A stretch of DNA of 26,111 bases. It comes from a virus. Its lineage: Duplodnaviria; Caudoviricetes. Positions 6,621 to 16,785 of this stretch are shown piece by piece. A model generated the notes under the pieces. That model saw only the letters and a list, made by a program, of their open reading frames with translations, had not been told where the DNA came from and did no database searches. Location of the stretch: positions 1 through 26,111 of the IMG/VR virus record IMGVR_UViG_3300005662_000200; one strand, 5' to 3'. Numbering within the stretch: the first letter of the stretch is position 1; each line of letters begins with the position of its first letter. Both the position numbers and the translations under genes were made by a program.

Positions 6621-9600
6621 GTGTCAGATTTTCGGCTCAAGGTAATAGCTGAGACTCAGGCCGCCGAAAGCAGTCTGAAGCAGGTAGATAAGGTTGCGAC
6701 AGAAGCTACTAGAGATCGTAACCTAAAGATTGAAATACCTAATTATTCAGATCTAAGCAAGAATTTCAAAGACTTAAATAAAGACGTAAGCAGCGCAGCT
6801 AACGGCATAAAAGATTTCTACAAAGTAGCATCAAAGCTACCTGTAGGCCCTATAAATGACATAAACCAGCTAGCAGGGAATCTCAAAAGAGTTGCTGTTT
6901 CCGCTACAGAAACCGGTCGCAACGTAGGGGACGCTGGTGACATTATTAAATCAACGTTCAGTGCGACAAATAAAGCCGCCGAAACACTGGTTGCGCGCTT
7001 AACAAAGATCGCACTCAGCCTGTACGTAATCAAAGAAGCCGCAGGCTTGGTACAGGGCGCCTTCGGCGGGTTGTTCAACGAGACCATCGGCCGCGAGATC
7101 AAGCTCCGCGAAACGATCCTCAAGACCCAAACCACCCTCGCTTCAACCAACAAGGTCTTCCGCAACGGCACGGAGATCACCGACCCGTACCAAAAGATTG
7201 TTGCCCTCACCGGCGCCGTCCGCAAGAATATCGACTCCATCCGAGAACGGTCGATCGCCCTAGCTGGCGTCACCTCCGGTGAAGTCATCGAAGTCTTCGG
7301 CATGGTCGCCTCTCAGGTTGGCCAGATCGGTGGTGGCCTCAAGGAAGCGGAAGACCTGGCGATCAACTTCGCCGCCGCGCTCGGTACCTTCGGCATCCCC
7401 CTCTACCAGGCTCGGCAGGAAATCGGCTCCATCCTGCGCGGAGACATCACCACCGACTCGTACCTCGCCAAAGCGCTGGGTATTAGGAACGAGGACATCG
7501 CCAAGGCCAAGACCGCGACCGGTGGTGTTGTTAAGTTTCTTGAAGAGCGCCTAGCTGCTGCCGTCGCCGGCCAACGCATCGCCTCCGAAGGCTTCTCCGG
7601 CGTCGTCTCGAACATCAAGGATCTTAGCGAGCTCGTAAGTCAGAACTTCGGCGCAGGCTTACTAGATCCGTTGCTTGATAGCTTAACCAGTGTTTTTAAT
7701 TTTTTATTTAGTATCCGAAACGAACTATTTGAAATATCAAAGCTAGCTGGAAAAACTATTGGCACGATCGCCGACACGGCCATAAAGCTGATAGGTGGAG
7801 CTACGGGCGGAGCAAGACAAACTCGGCTGGAGGGCGGTGCAGTCAGAGGGCGGACAGGAGGTGAAACTCCCCTGACCAGCAAAGTAACAAGTGATTTTGG
7901 AGCAGATGACGCGCTTAATGCAGCGAAGGCTACGGTCAACTATGTAAAAGTCGAAGTCAGTAAAGCTTTTTCAACTGTCTACTTACAGATAAGCACGCTG
8001 CTCGAGCGCGTTTCTTCTGCGTTTCTGGCCGTAGGCGGCGGCTTAGCCATGCTGGCCAAGGGACTGTTGAGTATAAAGCTAGAAACATTTAAGGCACTAA
8101 TAGGAGCAGTAGAGTCAATATCTCCCGCGCTACTGGTTGCAGCTAAGGGCTTAGGGTTTTTCTTAGGCCTATGGGGCAAGTTCATGGAACTGCCTCTGGT
8201 ACAGGAGTTAGCCCAGATTGGCATAGGGATGCGTGCGCTTCAAGCAACCGGGGTGACACAGTTAATACAGTCGGGTTTTGCGCTAAAGTTCGTATTCGAC
8301 AACTTTAGTAAAGCGCTTGCATTTGTAAAATCACAGTTTGCACTTTTACGTCCAATTATTGGCAGTGTAATCTTGTACATAGGCCAACTAATATCTAATA
8401 TAGGTAGAGCGGCAATCGCGGCAGCTACGGCATGGGCCCCAGGTAGTAAAGCTCTGCAAGCATTAAGAACTGAGATATTATTAGTAGCCGAACAATTTGA
8501 ATCTGTTGGTAATGCTGCGCAGCGCGCGGGCGACAAAACAGGAGGATTCGGTCAAAACATCGAAAAAGTAGGAGGAGGAATAGTAGGCTTGATAGCTGGC
8601 ATGATTAAGTTTCAACTAATCATGTTTGCCATCACTGCGATTTTAAGCACAGCGATGGAGCGGTTTTCCGCATACAAAGAATCCCAAGACAAAATAGCCA
8701 GTGACAAACGCGCTCAAGAAGCCGTTCGCAGACTTGCAACTACTTATAAAGACTTAGGCGAAAATGCGACTGAAGCGCAGAAAAGAGCAAAAGCATTTGA
8801 GCAATCTCTAGTTAATCAAGAATACGATAAGGCAGTAGATGGTCTAGAAAAAATCAAGAAAAAACTGGAAGAAGTACGCGACGCATTTGGGCCAAAAGAA
8901 GGATTTGGAGCTAATCTTAAAAAAGGTATAGACAACATATTAGCCACTTTTAATCCCGCAAACATAGATATACTTGGAAAGCAATTACGAGGTGATTATG
9001 CAGGAACGGATATTGATAGCTTTGGTGAAGCTATTGAGCGCCGCACATTAGATCAACGAAAAGCCGCTGAAGCCGAAGTAGCTAAGTACGCAAAAGAAGT
9101 CGACAAGCTTGCCGGCGAAGATAACATCAAACTCCAGGCCCAAAAGCGCGCCGACCTATCCAAAGAGATCGCCGAGCTCGAGCGCCAGCAACAGAACGAC
9201 CTCTTCCAACAGCGCCAGAGCCTCGCCCAAAAGGAAGTCGACATCTTCCGCGCCGCAGGCGAGCTCCGCATCTACCAGATGGAGCAGGCCAACGCCAAGC
9301 TCATCGAAGGCGAACAAGGCGCCTCCCGTGCCGCTCTCGAGGCTCTCAACACCTATCTGTCGGTGCGCGAGAACGGCGAACTCGATATTGAAGCTGAAAA
9401 GAAAACGCTTGCGATTGAGGTGGTTAACCTCGAAAAAACAATCGCCGACTACCGTTTCGAGAACGAGAAGAAGATCGCCGAGATCCGCAAACGCGCCGGC
9501 GAAAACGAAATGGCCATGGCCGACGCTCGCCGTCAGGCAGAAGGGCAAGGCCCGCGCGTAGCTGGTGGGGGCGCATTCGACACAGGCTTGCGCACTGGTC

Positions 9601-11885
9601 CTGCTCCTGTCATCGGGGGTAGCGCCGATTATCACCAAGATCTGTCGTTCGGTCCTGGTGTAGACCTGCGTCAACAGCGCGAGTTAATGGTGCAGTTGGC
9701 TCAGGCCTACGATGATATGGGACGCAAGATCGTACTGAGTAATGCAGGAGTAGCAGGTAAAGAGTTCCCGCTTAAAGGCACCGCTCAACAACAGAATGAA
9801 TTTATCCTGAGCGCGCAGGCCGCGCACCGTAATCGAAAAGGTGGTGGACGTACTGCAATTGATTTCTACGCACCTACTAAAACTGATCCTAAAGGTAGGT
9901 TTGGCAGTTCTGTTGTAAACCAAGCAATGCTCGCCCCCACTGTCGCGGGCGGCAAAACAAATTATTTTGCAGGTGGAGCAGGGGGTGCAGGTTTAGAGAT
10001 AACTAAAGAAGGTGCGAGCATTCTTAAGTTAATCCACGGACGTACAGATATTCCTCTCCCCTCAGGGGGCAGCATTCCTGGCGTTTCTACCGCTGCAACT
10101 CCCCAGCCCAAACTTAAATCGCTCGATGACATAGGCGCTCCCAGCATCTCCAAATACGCCGAGTCGATTCGCAACCTCGGTAGTTCTATGGAGCGCTTCC
10201 GGGCCCTGCAGGCTGATCTGACCAACGCTCGCACGGTCTCCGCCTTCGGAAAAATTGCTGAAGCCGCTATACCCACGATCAATCTCGAGCAATACCGAGA
10301 CCAGCTGATCGAATCCAATACGGCAATGGAAGCCCTGGCCAAAACTTCCGGTCAGGCATACGACCCTGAAGCTCTCCAGATTTCAATTGATCAAATTACC
10401 AGACGTAAAATTCAAGAAGAAGAGATAGCTGAAATTCTTAAAGATGCCAATGATAAGCGCAATAAAGGCCTTATCACAGATAAGGAACTTCAGCAAGTCA
10501 AAGACGACATTGCTAAGCGCCAACGAAAAAATATCGAAGATACTGCAACTGAAGCCAAACTGCGTAAACAAATTCTTGACAGCGCTCGCCAACAGAACGC
10601 TATCGAAGCTTTGCGAAAAGATACCGCCGCTATTCCGTTTGAGCTACAGCGCGCCCAGCTTCAAGCTCGGGGCTCAATGGCTCAGGCTTTCTTCGGCGAC
10701 GACCCGCGCCAGCAGCGCAACCTAGACGCTGAGATGCGCATAGCTGAGCGCCGCATTCAGCTCGAACAAGACAACACCAAGACCAATGAGCAGGTTCGCA
10801 CCGAGCTCGAACTATTCGCTACTGGAGTGCGCAGCGCAGCCACCGTACTCGGTGACCTAGATATTGCTGTTAGAGATTTTCAACGCAATATGTCACTCAT
10901 TCGCGATAGTGCCCGCACCTTTACTGAAGGCTACAAAGGCTTCTTCAAGAGCATTCTTACTGGAGGCGACATCACCGAAGCCCTCAACTCCATGCTTAGT
11001 AATGTCGCTGACCGCTTCCTGAACATGGCGCTCGACGCAGCCTTCGCTCCTCTCGAGAAAATTATGGAGCAAAGCTTCAAAGACCTGTTCGGTGTAGAAG
11101 ACCCCATGGTTGCTGTCCAGACCGCAAACACCACCGCTACTGCTGCAAACACCACAGCTACTGACGCTCTAACTGCAGCCCTACAAGTTTCCGCTCCCGG
11201 CGCTTCTACCGGAGGAGCTGGTGCAGCCGCTGCGGGTGTTGTAGATGCATCCGGAGCGCAAGCCTCGGCTGCCGAAGACGCAGCGAGCGCTACCAATGCG
11301 CAAGCCAACGCCACAGAGAAATCCACTAAAGCAGCAAAAGACGCTGACTCCGGACTCACTAAGTTTCAGAAAGCTCTTAGTGGCGTTATGGGTGCTGCCA
11401 CGGGCGCTGCCACCATCGTCGCCAGCATCGACTCCATGAAAGGCGGAGGAACTTACGAAGTCTTAATGGGTCTGGCTGGCATATTTAGTGGCATTGGCTC
11501 TATCGCCGGTGGATTCGCCGCCCTAGGCAAAAAGGCCGTCGGTGGTCCCATCGCGTCCAACCGTCCCTACCTCGTGGGTGAGAAAGGTCCAGAACTCATC
11601 GTTCCGCAATCCAACGGAACTGTCATCCCTAACAACTACCTTATCGGTAACAATTCTCAACTACCTACACCGAGCTACGTTCGCCAGACTCCTGGTAGTG
11701 AAGGCGCAACCGCAATGGCGTCTCGACTTGAATTCAGCTACGACAGCACGGTCATAAACAACGTCGAGTATGTAACAGCAGACCAATTCCAGCGGGGCAT
11801 GCGAGACTCTGCCGAGCGCGGCCGTTCTTTGGCCCTCGCATCCCTGAAAAACTCGATCAAAGCTCGTCGCCAAGTGGGTATTTAA
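6621..11885 (+). CDS. Tape measure protein (1754 aa, GTG start)
   Basis: Very long, Ala/Leu/Lys-rich and helical, after the G/GT chaperones. Hydrophobic central stretch; C-terminal GGP....PYLVGEKGPELIVP...GTVIPN motif typical of siphovirus tape measures. Confidence 0.92.
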   Translation: MSDFRLKVIAETQAAESSLKQVDKVATEATRDRNLKIEIPNYSDLSKNFKDLNKDVSSAANGIKDFYKVASKLPVGPINDINQLAGNLKRVAVSATETGRNVGDAGDIIKSTFSATNKAAETLVARLTKIALSLYVIKEAAGLVQGAFGGLFNETIGREIKLRETILKTQTTLASTNKVFRNGTEITDPYQKIVALTGAVRKNIDSIRERSIALAGVTSGEVIEVFGMVASQVGQIGGGLKEAEDLAINFAAALGTFGIPLYQARQEIGSILRGDITTDSYLAKALGIRNEDIAKAKTATGGVVKFLEERLAAAVAGQRIASEGFSGVVSNIKDLSELVSQNFGAGLLDPLLDSLTSVFNFLFSIRNELFEISKLAGKTIGTIADTAIKLIGGATGGARQTRLEGGAVRGRTGGETPLTSKVTSDFGADDALNAAKATVNYVKVEVSKAFSTVYLQISTLLERVSSAFLAVGGGLAMLAKGLLSIKLETFKALIGAVESISPALLVAAKGLGFFLGLWGKFMELPLVQELAQIGIGMRALQATGVTQLIQSGFALKFVFDNFSKALAFVKSQFALLRPIIGSVILYIGQLISNIGRAAIAAATAWAPGSKALQALRTEILLVAEQFESVGNAAQRAGDKTGGFGQNIEKVGGGIVGLIAGMIKFQLIMFAITAILSTAMERFSAYKESQDKIASDKRAQEAVRRLATTYKDLGENATEAQKRAKAFEQSLVNQEYDKAVDGLEKIKKKLEEVRDAFGPKEGFGANLKKGIDNILATFNPANIDILGKQLRGDYAGTDIDSFGEAIERRTLDQRKAAEAEVAKYAKEVDKLAGEDNIKLQAQKRADLSKEIAELERQQQNDLFQQRQSLAQKEVDIFRAAGELRIYQMEQANAKLIEGEQGASRAALEALNTYLSVRENGELDIEAEKKTLAIEVVNLEKTIADYRFENEKKIAEIRKRAGENEMAMADARRQAEGQGPRVAGGGAFDTGLRTGPAPVIGGSADYHQDLSFGPGVDLRQQRELMVQLAQAYDDMGRKIVLSNAGVAGKEFPLKGTAQQQNEFILSAQAAHRNRKGGGRTAIDFYAPTKTDPKGRFGSSVVNQAMLAPTVAGGKTNYFAGGAGGAGLEITKEGASILKLIHGRTDIPLPSGGSIPGVSTAATPQPKLKSLDDIGAPSISKYAESIRNLGSSMERFRALQADLTNARTVSAFGKIAEAAIPTINLEQYRDQLIESNTAMEALAKTSGQAYDPEALQISIDQITRRKIQEEEIAEILKDANDKRNKGLITDKELQQVKDDIAKRQRKNIEDTATEAKLRKQILDSARQQNAIEALRKDTAAIPFELQRAQLQARGSMAQAFFGDDPRQQRNLDAEMRIAERRIQLEQDNTKTNEQVRTELELFATGVRSAATVLGDLDIAVRDFQRNMSLIRDSARTFTEGYKGFFKSILTGGDITEALNSMLSNVADRFLNMALDAAFAPLEKIMEQSFKDLFGVEDPMVAVQTANTTATAANTTATDALTAALQVSAPGASTGGAGAAAAGVVDASGAQASAAEDAASATNAQANATEKSTKAAKDADSGLTKFQKALSGVMGAATGAATIVASIDSMKGGGTYEVLMGLAGIFSGIGSIAGGFAALGKKAVGGPIASNRPYLVGEKGPELIVPQSNGTVIPNNYLIGNNSQLPTPSYVRQTPGSEGATAMASRLEFSYDSTVINNVEYVTADQFQRGMRDSAERGRSLALASLKNSIKARRQVGI

Positions 11886-11887
11886 CT

Positions 11888-12361
11888 ATGGCCATAGCCG
11901 TCTGTAACTATATCCGATTCAAAAGCTCTACGGGCCAATACGTCGACGGCTACAACTTTCAAAACTTTTTTGTAGGTCAAACTAAAGAGCGTGACGGTGT
12001 CAGTTTTTTATTCGCCCCCTTCGGTGTAACCCCCGGGGCCGGTACCAAAGGCGGAGACCGTAGTGACTCAGCTGTGGTAGCGCCTGCCACTCCTATAGTC
12101 ATAAACTTATTCACAGAGGCCACATTTAATGAATGGCTTTGCGAAATAAAGATGGTGCTGCTCGATCCAGAAACGTATGAAGAACAAATTCAGGTCACTA
12201 ATGAAACCTGGAAATGCTCAAGACCGGAGATCAACGTAGAGCGTGCCGTCCTACGTCTGGCTTCGCCGCTCGACGCCGTCGATAGACAGGTTCCCAGGAG
12301 AACGCTAAGCAGCGTGCTCGTGGGCAGCCTGCCTTCCACCGGAACCCTTTCGGTCTCATGA
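11888..12361 (+). CDS. Minor tail tip/hub-like protein
   Basis: 157 aa directly after the tape measure gene; F.F.PFG and L.L.SPLDAV..QVPRR.L motifs; precedes the NlpC/P60-like gene. Function inferred from synteny. Confidence 0.6.
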   Translation: MAIAVCNYIRFKSSTGQYVDGYNFQNFFVGQTKERDGVSFLFAPFGVTPGAGTKGGDRSDSAVVAPATPIVINLFTEATFNEWLCEIKMVLLDPETYEEQIQVTNETWKCSRPEINVERAVLRLASPLDAVDRQVPRRTLSSVLVGSLPSTGTLSVS

Positions 12362-12747
12362 GCCCCTCTAAGCCCTGGATGAAGTACATCGGCCTGCCCT
12401 ACCGGATGGGTGCCGACCCCGAGAGCGGCAAAGCTACTGACTGCATCCGCCTAGTCCTACGGGTCCTCAAGGACGCCGGCCTCAACCCCCCATCAATCGA
12501 AAAGAAATGGTATAGGTTGCTCGCTCAGCAGGACATCAGCGCCATTCGGACTGACTGGTTGTCACTGACCGAGCAGACCCAAGGACCCGAGGAGTACGCC
12601 ATGGCACTCCTGCCGAACGAAGGTGACTTCGCCATAGCTGTTGTTGTCGATAATGGAATTCTAACTGTTCGCGCTAATGTGGGTGTTGTGTGGGTGCCCA
12701 TAAGCAGCTTGCACCCACTAAACTATCGACGCTTAAAACATGTCTGA
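12358..12747 (+). CDS. NlpC/P60-like tail assembly protein (gpK C-terminal-like), probably degenerate
   Basis: YIGLPYRMG......TDC..LV N-terminal signature (Cys codon 12442-12444); expected catalytic His not seen. Confidence 0.7.
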   Translation: MSPSKPWMKYIGLPYRMGADPESGKATDCIRLVLRVLKDAGLNPPSIEKKWYRLLAQQDISAIRTDWLSLTEQTQGPEEYAMALLPNEGDFAIAVVVDNGILTVRANVGVVWVPISSLHPLNYRRLKHV

Positions 12748-15700
12748 ACATCCGCTGCTTCCGTCGGACCGTTACATCGCTGATCTGTTAGGGCTAACAG
12801 ACGATCAGTACCGGTATTACTTGGCAGAGGTGCGACGACGTGCGATGTCGGAGCCCAGGCCCAGTGTTGTGGCCGAAGTCACTACAACTTTGGCCACCAT
12901 CGCTGTTATCTCTTCGATCCTATCTCTCGGATTGACGATTGCAGCATCGTTTTTCAAACCCAAACCGCAACGGCAATCGGCAAGACTGCAGCAGAACCAA
13001 ACTCAAGGCGCAACCATCAACAATGTCCGCCGCTTTGCACCGCGGCAGGGCTTTGATTCAGTCCAAGATGTCGCCACCATCGGCGACGTAATCCCACTGA
13101 TCTACGCCTGCAGAGAGCAGATCGCCGGTCAGTTCTACGGCGGCATCCGCATCAATACCCCGCTGATCTGGAGCCAAATCACCGCCCTCGACAAAAGCCA
13201 GCTCCTTCGCGCTTTATTTCTGATCGGAGAGGGGACTCCCACCCTCGAGATCGAACCGAGCAACATCGCCATCGGCAACAACACCCTCGGCTCCTATCTA
13301 CTCGGGAACACCGAAAACTCCCGTTTTACCGCCTACTACCGACCTGACGGAGGGCGCGTCACCGCGAATGATCGCATCCTTGGAACGTCCAACGACCCAG
13401 GAAGCCTCATCCCCGAGGACGTTTATGCCGTACGGGACCAAAACGGCATCCCAGCCAGCAACTTCTCTCACGCTCGCCGACCTAGCACCCAGACCCAGTT
13501 CGGGGTCTACACCCTGATTGGTAACGGCTTCGGCTTTCGCATGAACCCAAACATGCGTCCGGGCGTGAATGCCCAAATCACTGTGGACGTGATAGGCAAG
13601 AAGAAGAAAGCAAAGGCACAAGGTCGTGTCGTATGCGAGCCCGACTATGTGTCCCTAGCACAGCGCGAAAAGCTAAAAGCTAAGTTCTCGGGGCGCTCCG
13701 GGTTGATCACTCAGGTTGGTAACACCTGGACTTATCACCTGTCTAATACAACAGATGCTGAAACTGTATTTACAGCTGGCATTGTCGTAGCTCCTTGGAC
13801 CACTAGCTACGAGGTATCGGACAATCCGTTTACAACAGCTACCGATGCAGTACTCAACACCTGGCTAACCATAGGATCCGTTGTAGCCACAAGTACCACC
13901 GTCTCTGCTCTCGTCACTCTTAATACAACTGCCGTAGTAGCAGGCTTAGCAACTGAACCAGATGGTGTATACATCGTAAACTACAACATCTTCTTTATTC
14001 GCGACAGCAAAAATATATACGCAGAGCATATCATCAGCATCACCAAGACTACTACACCCAGTACTCCACCTAATCCTCCTGTAGTGACATACAGCTACAC
14101 AAACTCTGTAGCTACAGTCACGGTTCCCGTGAACGAACGCTTAGAGATTCACCAGGAACGCTCCGGTGATGCAGCTAATGCAGTAGCAGGTCGTCAGAAA
14201 ACGTGGGATGACAGCCTCCAAGTGGGTGAACTAATCAAGCTCGGATCTGCCCTGGCGCTCTGCACCGAACGCACCCCGTCCAATCTCAGCTTCAACAGCG
14301 ACGCAGACTTCGAGCCCGTTGTTCCCAGCAAAGGCAACGCTATTGACGTTACCTTGGAGGTTATCCGCACAGGCAGCGCGCAAACCATACCTTTGGCTGA
14401 CCTAGTTAAAGACGCTTTATCCAACCCAGCCTTTTATACCGCAACTAACTTCCCTCAACTGTTTCGTATTGCTATTGCCAACTTTTCTACACTACGTGAA
14501 TGTCGGATCGTAGAAGTCTGCATCAAAAGTGCTTTGGGTATTCGCATAAGTGGTCTTTGTAACTTTCGCGACACCTTAACGTATCAACAAATTGATGCTA
14601 GAGCTTGTTACGACAAAGAAGGCAGTGTCATTCCTCCCGGTGACTACCTTACGGTTGACATCTTCAACAGTGGTCAGATGAACTCATCGGAAGAGCGTTT
14701 TTCGTTTTTCCGTATCCGGTATCGCGAGTCCGGCACCGAGGCCGCGTTCACAGAGCTCGCTCCCTGCTTCGGCGTTAGGGGCATTACCCAGCAGCAGGTC
14801 TTCAATGACTTCCGCATCGTGATGCCAGCCGTGAAACGCTGGGAGTTCCAGATCGAGCCCCTCAGTGGCTGGGAGATTCGTTCAGGCAGCGCCACTGGCG
14901 ATCTTGAGCTCATTGATTCCAGCCTGACTACTGAGCGCACCATCACGACCAACGGCGTCACCATCACCTTCAAAGGCCTGGTTTCCGAGGCCGGACCCTT
15001 CATCCCCGAAGGTCTGCGCAGCGCACTTGGTCCCGAAAAGTTCCTTCTCTCCAGTGGGCAGCGGGGCGATAACGGTGAAATTGGCATCGGCTACAGCGAT
15101 GGCAGCTCGTACCTCGACGCCTGGGGCAAGCTCGCCGAGGCTTTCGTTTACGAAGAAGTGCGAACCACTGCTGAATCCAGCCCCGAGCACGAAATCGTCA
15201 ACGTCAACGAAATCCTGCCTAACGCCATCACGCCTGAGTACACGAACCTGGCTCTGCTCGGTTTCAACGTCCGCTCTGGCCCTGAATGGCAGCAATTCGG
15301 CCAGATTTCTGTGTATGTACTAAAAGGTCTAGCCGGAGGTACCCATCTCTTTCCTGAGATCCTCTTGGATCTACTGACAAACACCCGATACGGAAAGGGC
15401 GATCAGATTACCACCGAATTGATCGACCTCGAGAGCTTCGCATTGGCCACCACATGGTGCCGCGAACGACGGCTGTTCTTCGACGGTGCCATCGTCGGAC
15501 GAACCAACTTGCGGCAGTGGGCGGCGGATGTCGCCGCTGCTCACCTCTGTTTGTTTGGAGAGAGCGCCGGCAAGTTCTGGCTTCGTCCTGCTTGGCCCGG
15601 CACCGTAGCCAACCCAGAGCCCGCCCCTATCAAAGGCATCTTTACCGCCGGAAACATCCTTGAAAACTCGTTCGCCCTCGAGTTTCTCGAGCCTGAAGAG

Positions 15701-16378
15701 CGTCAACCCATCCAAGTCAGCGTCAAATTCCGCGAGGAACGCATGTCGGTCAACCTCGACAACCCTGGGGTCTTCTCAACCGAGCGCGAGATTCTGGTTC
15801 GTGAAGCGGAACCTTTTGGTCAAGACACCGACCCCATCGAGTCCATCGACCTTAGTGATTACGTCACAAGCCAAGCACACGCCATAGACGCCGCGAAGTT
15901 CATTGCACGCATGCGACGCATCCCTGATCACGCTGTCAAGTTCTCAACCACCCACGAGGGTCTTGTTGCCAGTATCCAGCCAGGTGACTATATCCGAGTT
16001 GCTATGGACGTTACCCACTACGACGAGCTACGCAACGGGGTTGTAACGGCTGACGGTGGTCTAGTAAGTACTACACCGTTTGCCGATGGCAGCTACAACG
16101 TATTCGCTTGGAACGGTCAGCAAGCCACCGAACCTGAGTTGAGCACTTTAGTGGTCAGCGGTGAAGGTGCCTACGCCACCCCATCCAACATCATTTTTAC
16201 CTTTGTCAACACTAGCACGGTTGTTCGCACTTATCAAATAGAGCGAATTACACCTGCGGATGAGGGCAGCTACTCTATAGAAGCGGTACATATGCCCACC
16301 AACGAGCGCGGATTCCTGCTGTTGGCCGAGAACTGGGGTAGCGACACGACTGATTCCAACTGGATTATTCAAGCTTGA
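12740..16378 (+). CDS. Central tail tip/host-specificity protein (gpJ-like, 1212 aa)
   Basis: Large protein after the NlpC-like gene. IGDVIPLIY, LFLIGEG, EILLDLLTNTRYGKG, FDG, and IQPGDYIRV near the C-terminus are typical of tip attachment proteins. Confidence 0.78.
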   Translation: MSEHPLLPSDRYIADLLGLTDDQYRYYLAEVRRRAMSEPRPSVVAEVTTTLATIAVISSILSLGLTIAASFFKPKPQRQSARLQQNQTQGATINNVRRFAPRQGFDSVQDVATIGDVIPLIYACREQIAGQFYGGIRINTPLIWSQITALDKSQLLRALFLIGEGTPTLEIEPSNIAIGNNTLGSYLLGNTENSRFTAYYRPDGGRVTANDRILGTSNDPGSLIPEDVYAVRDQNGIPASNFSHARRPSTQTQFGVYTLIGNGFGFRMNPNMRPGVNAQITVDVIGKKKKAKAQGRVVCEPDYVSLAQREKLKAKFSGRSGLITQVGNTWTYHLSNTTDAETVFTAGIVVAPWTTSYEVSDNPFTTATDAVLNTWLTIGSVVATSTTVSALVTLNTTAVVAGLATEPDGVYIVNYNIFFIRDSKNIYAEHIISITKTTTPSTPPNPPVVTYSYTNSVATVTVPVNERLEIHQERSGDAANAVAGRQKTWDDSLQVGELIKLGSALALCTERTPSNLSFNSDADFEPVVPSKGNAIDVTLEVIRTGSAQTIPLADLVKDALSNPAFYTATNFPQLFRIAIANFSTLRECRIVEVCIKSALGIRISGLCNFRDTLTYQQIDARACYDKEGSVIPPGDYLTVDIFNSGQMNSSEERFSFFRIRYRESGTEAAFTELAPCFGVRGITQQQVFNDFRIVMPAVKRWEFQIEPLSGWEIRSGSATGDLELIDSSLTTERTITTNGVTITFKGLVSEAGPFIPEGLRSALGPEKFLLSSGQRGDNGEIGIGYSDGSSYLDAWGKLAEAFVYEEVRTTAESSPEHEIVNVNEILPNAITPEYTNLALLGFNVRSGPEWQQFGQISVYVLKGLAGGTHLFPEILLDLLTNTRYGKGDQITTELIDLESFALATTWCRERRLFFDGAIVGRTNLRQWAADVAAAHLCLFGESAGKFWLRPAWPGTVANPEPAPIKGIFTAGNILENSFALEFLEPEERQPIQVSVKFREERMSVNLDNPGVFSTEREILVREAEPFGQDTDPIESIDLSDYVTSQAHAIDAAKFIARMRRIPDHAVKFSTTHEGLVASIQPGDYIRVAMDVTHYDELRNGVVTADGGLVSTTPFADGSYNVFAWNGQQATEPELSTLVVSGEGAYATPSNIIFTFVNTSTVVRTYQIERITPADEGSYSIEAVHMPTNERGFLLLAENWGSDTTDSNWIIQA

Positions 16379-16380
16379 CC

Positions 16381-16776
16381 ATGCCTATCGCTTTTCCTGC
16401 AATCCGTCCCACCAGCCGCCGCTATCAACTCCCGGCGTTCCCGGTTACCCAGTTTAAGTCCCAGGGTGGGATTACTAGCTTCAGGCTCTGGGGCAGCAAC
16501 CCCGAGGGTGCTCGCCTTCAGCTCGAGTTTCAGAACATCGCTGACTCTAAGGCTCTGGCAATATCAGAAGCCTATACATCCGCCAAGGGTCCAATAGGGA
16601 CATTGGACTTACCACCTGAGATATTTAGTGGTGCGGACGCACGCCTTGCCGACTTCATCAAATCTAAAGGTAACCAATTATCGTGGCATTTTACAGCAGA
16701 ACCTCCGGTTATTGAATCTGTAGTAAATGGTGTCAGCTCTGTTTCTGTAGTACTAACGGGTATCCTTACGTATTAA
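16381..16776 (+). CDS. Distal-tail-like minor tail protein (start ATG 16381)
   Basis: FP..RPTSR.Y, L.LEF.NI.D..A..I...Y...KG and W.F..PP.I.SV motifs; size and pattern resemble gpM/Dit-like proteins (recall). Confidence 0.55.
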   Translation: MPIAFPAIRPTSRRYQLPAFPVTQFKSQGGITSFRLWGSNPEGARLQLEFQNIADSKALAISEAYTSAKGPIGTLDLPPEIFSGADARLADFIKSKGNQLSWHFTAEPPVIESVVNGVSSVSVVLTGILTY

Positions 16777-16785
16777 CGACGCTGC

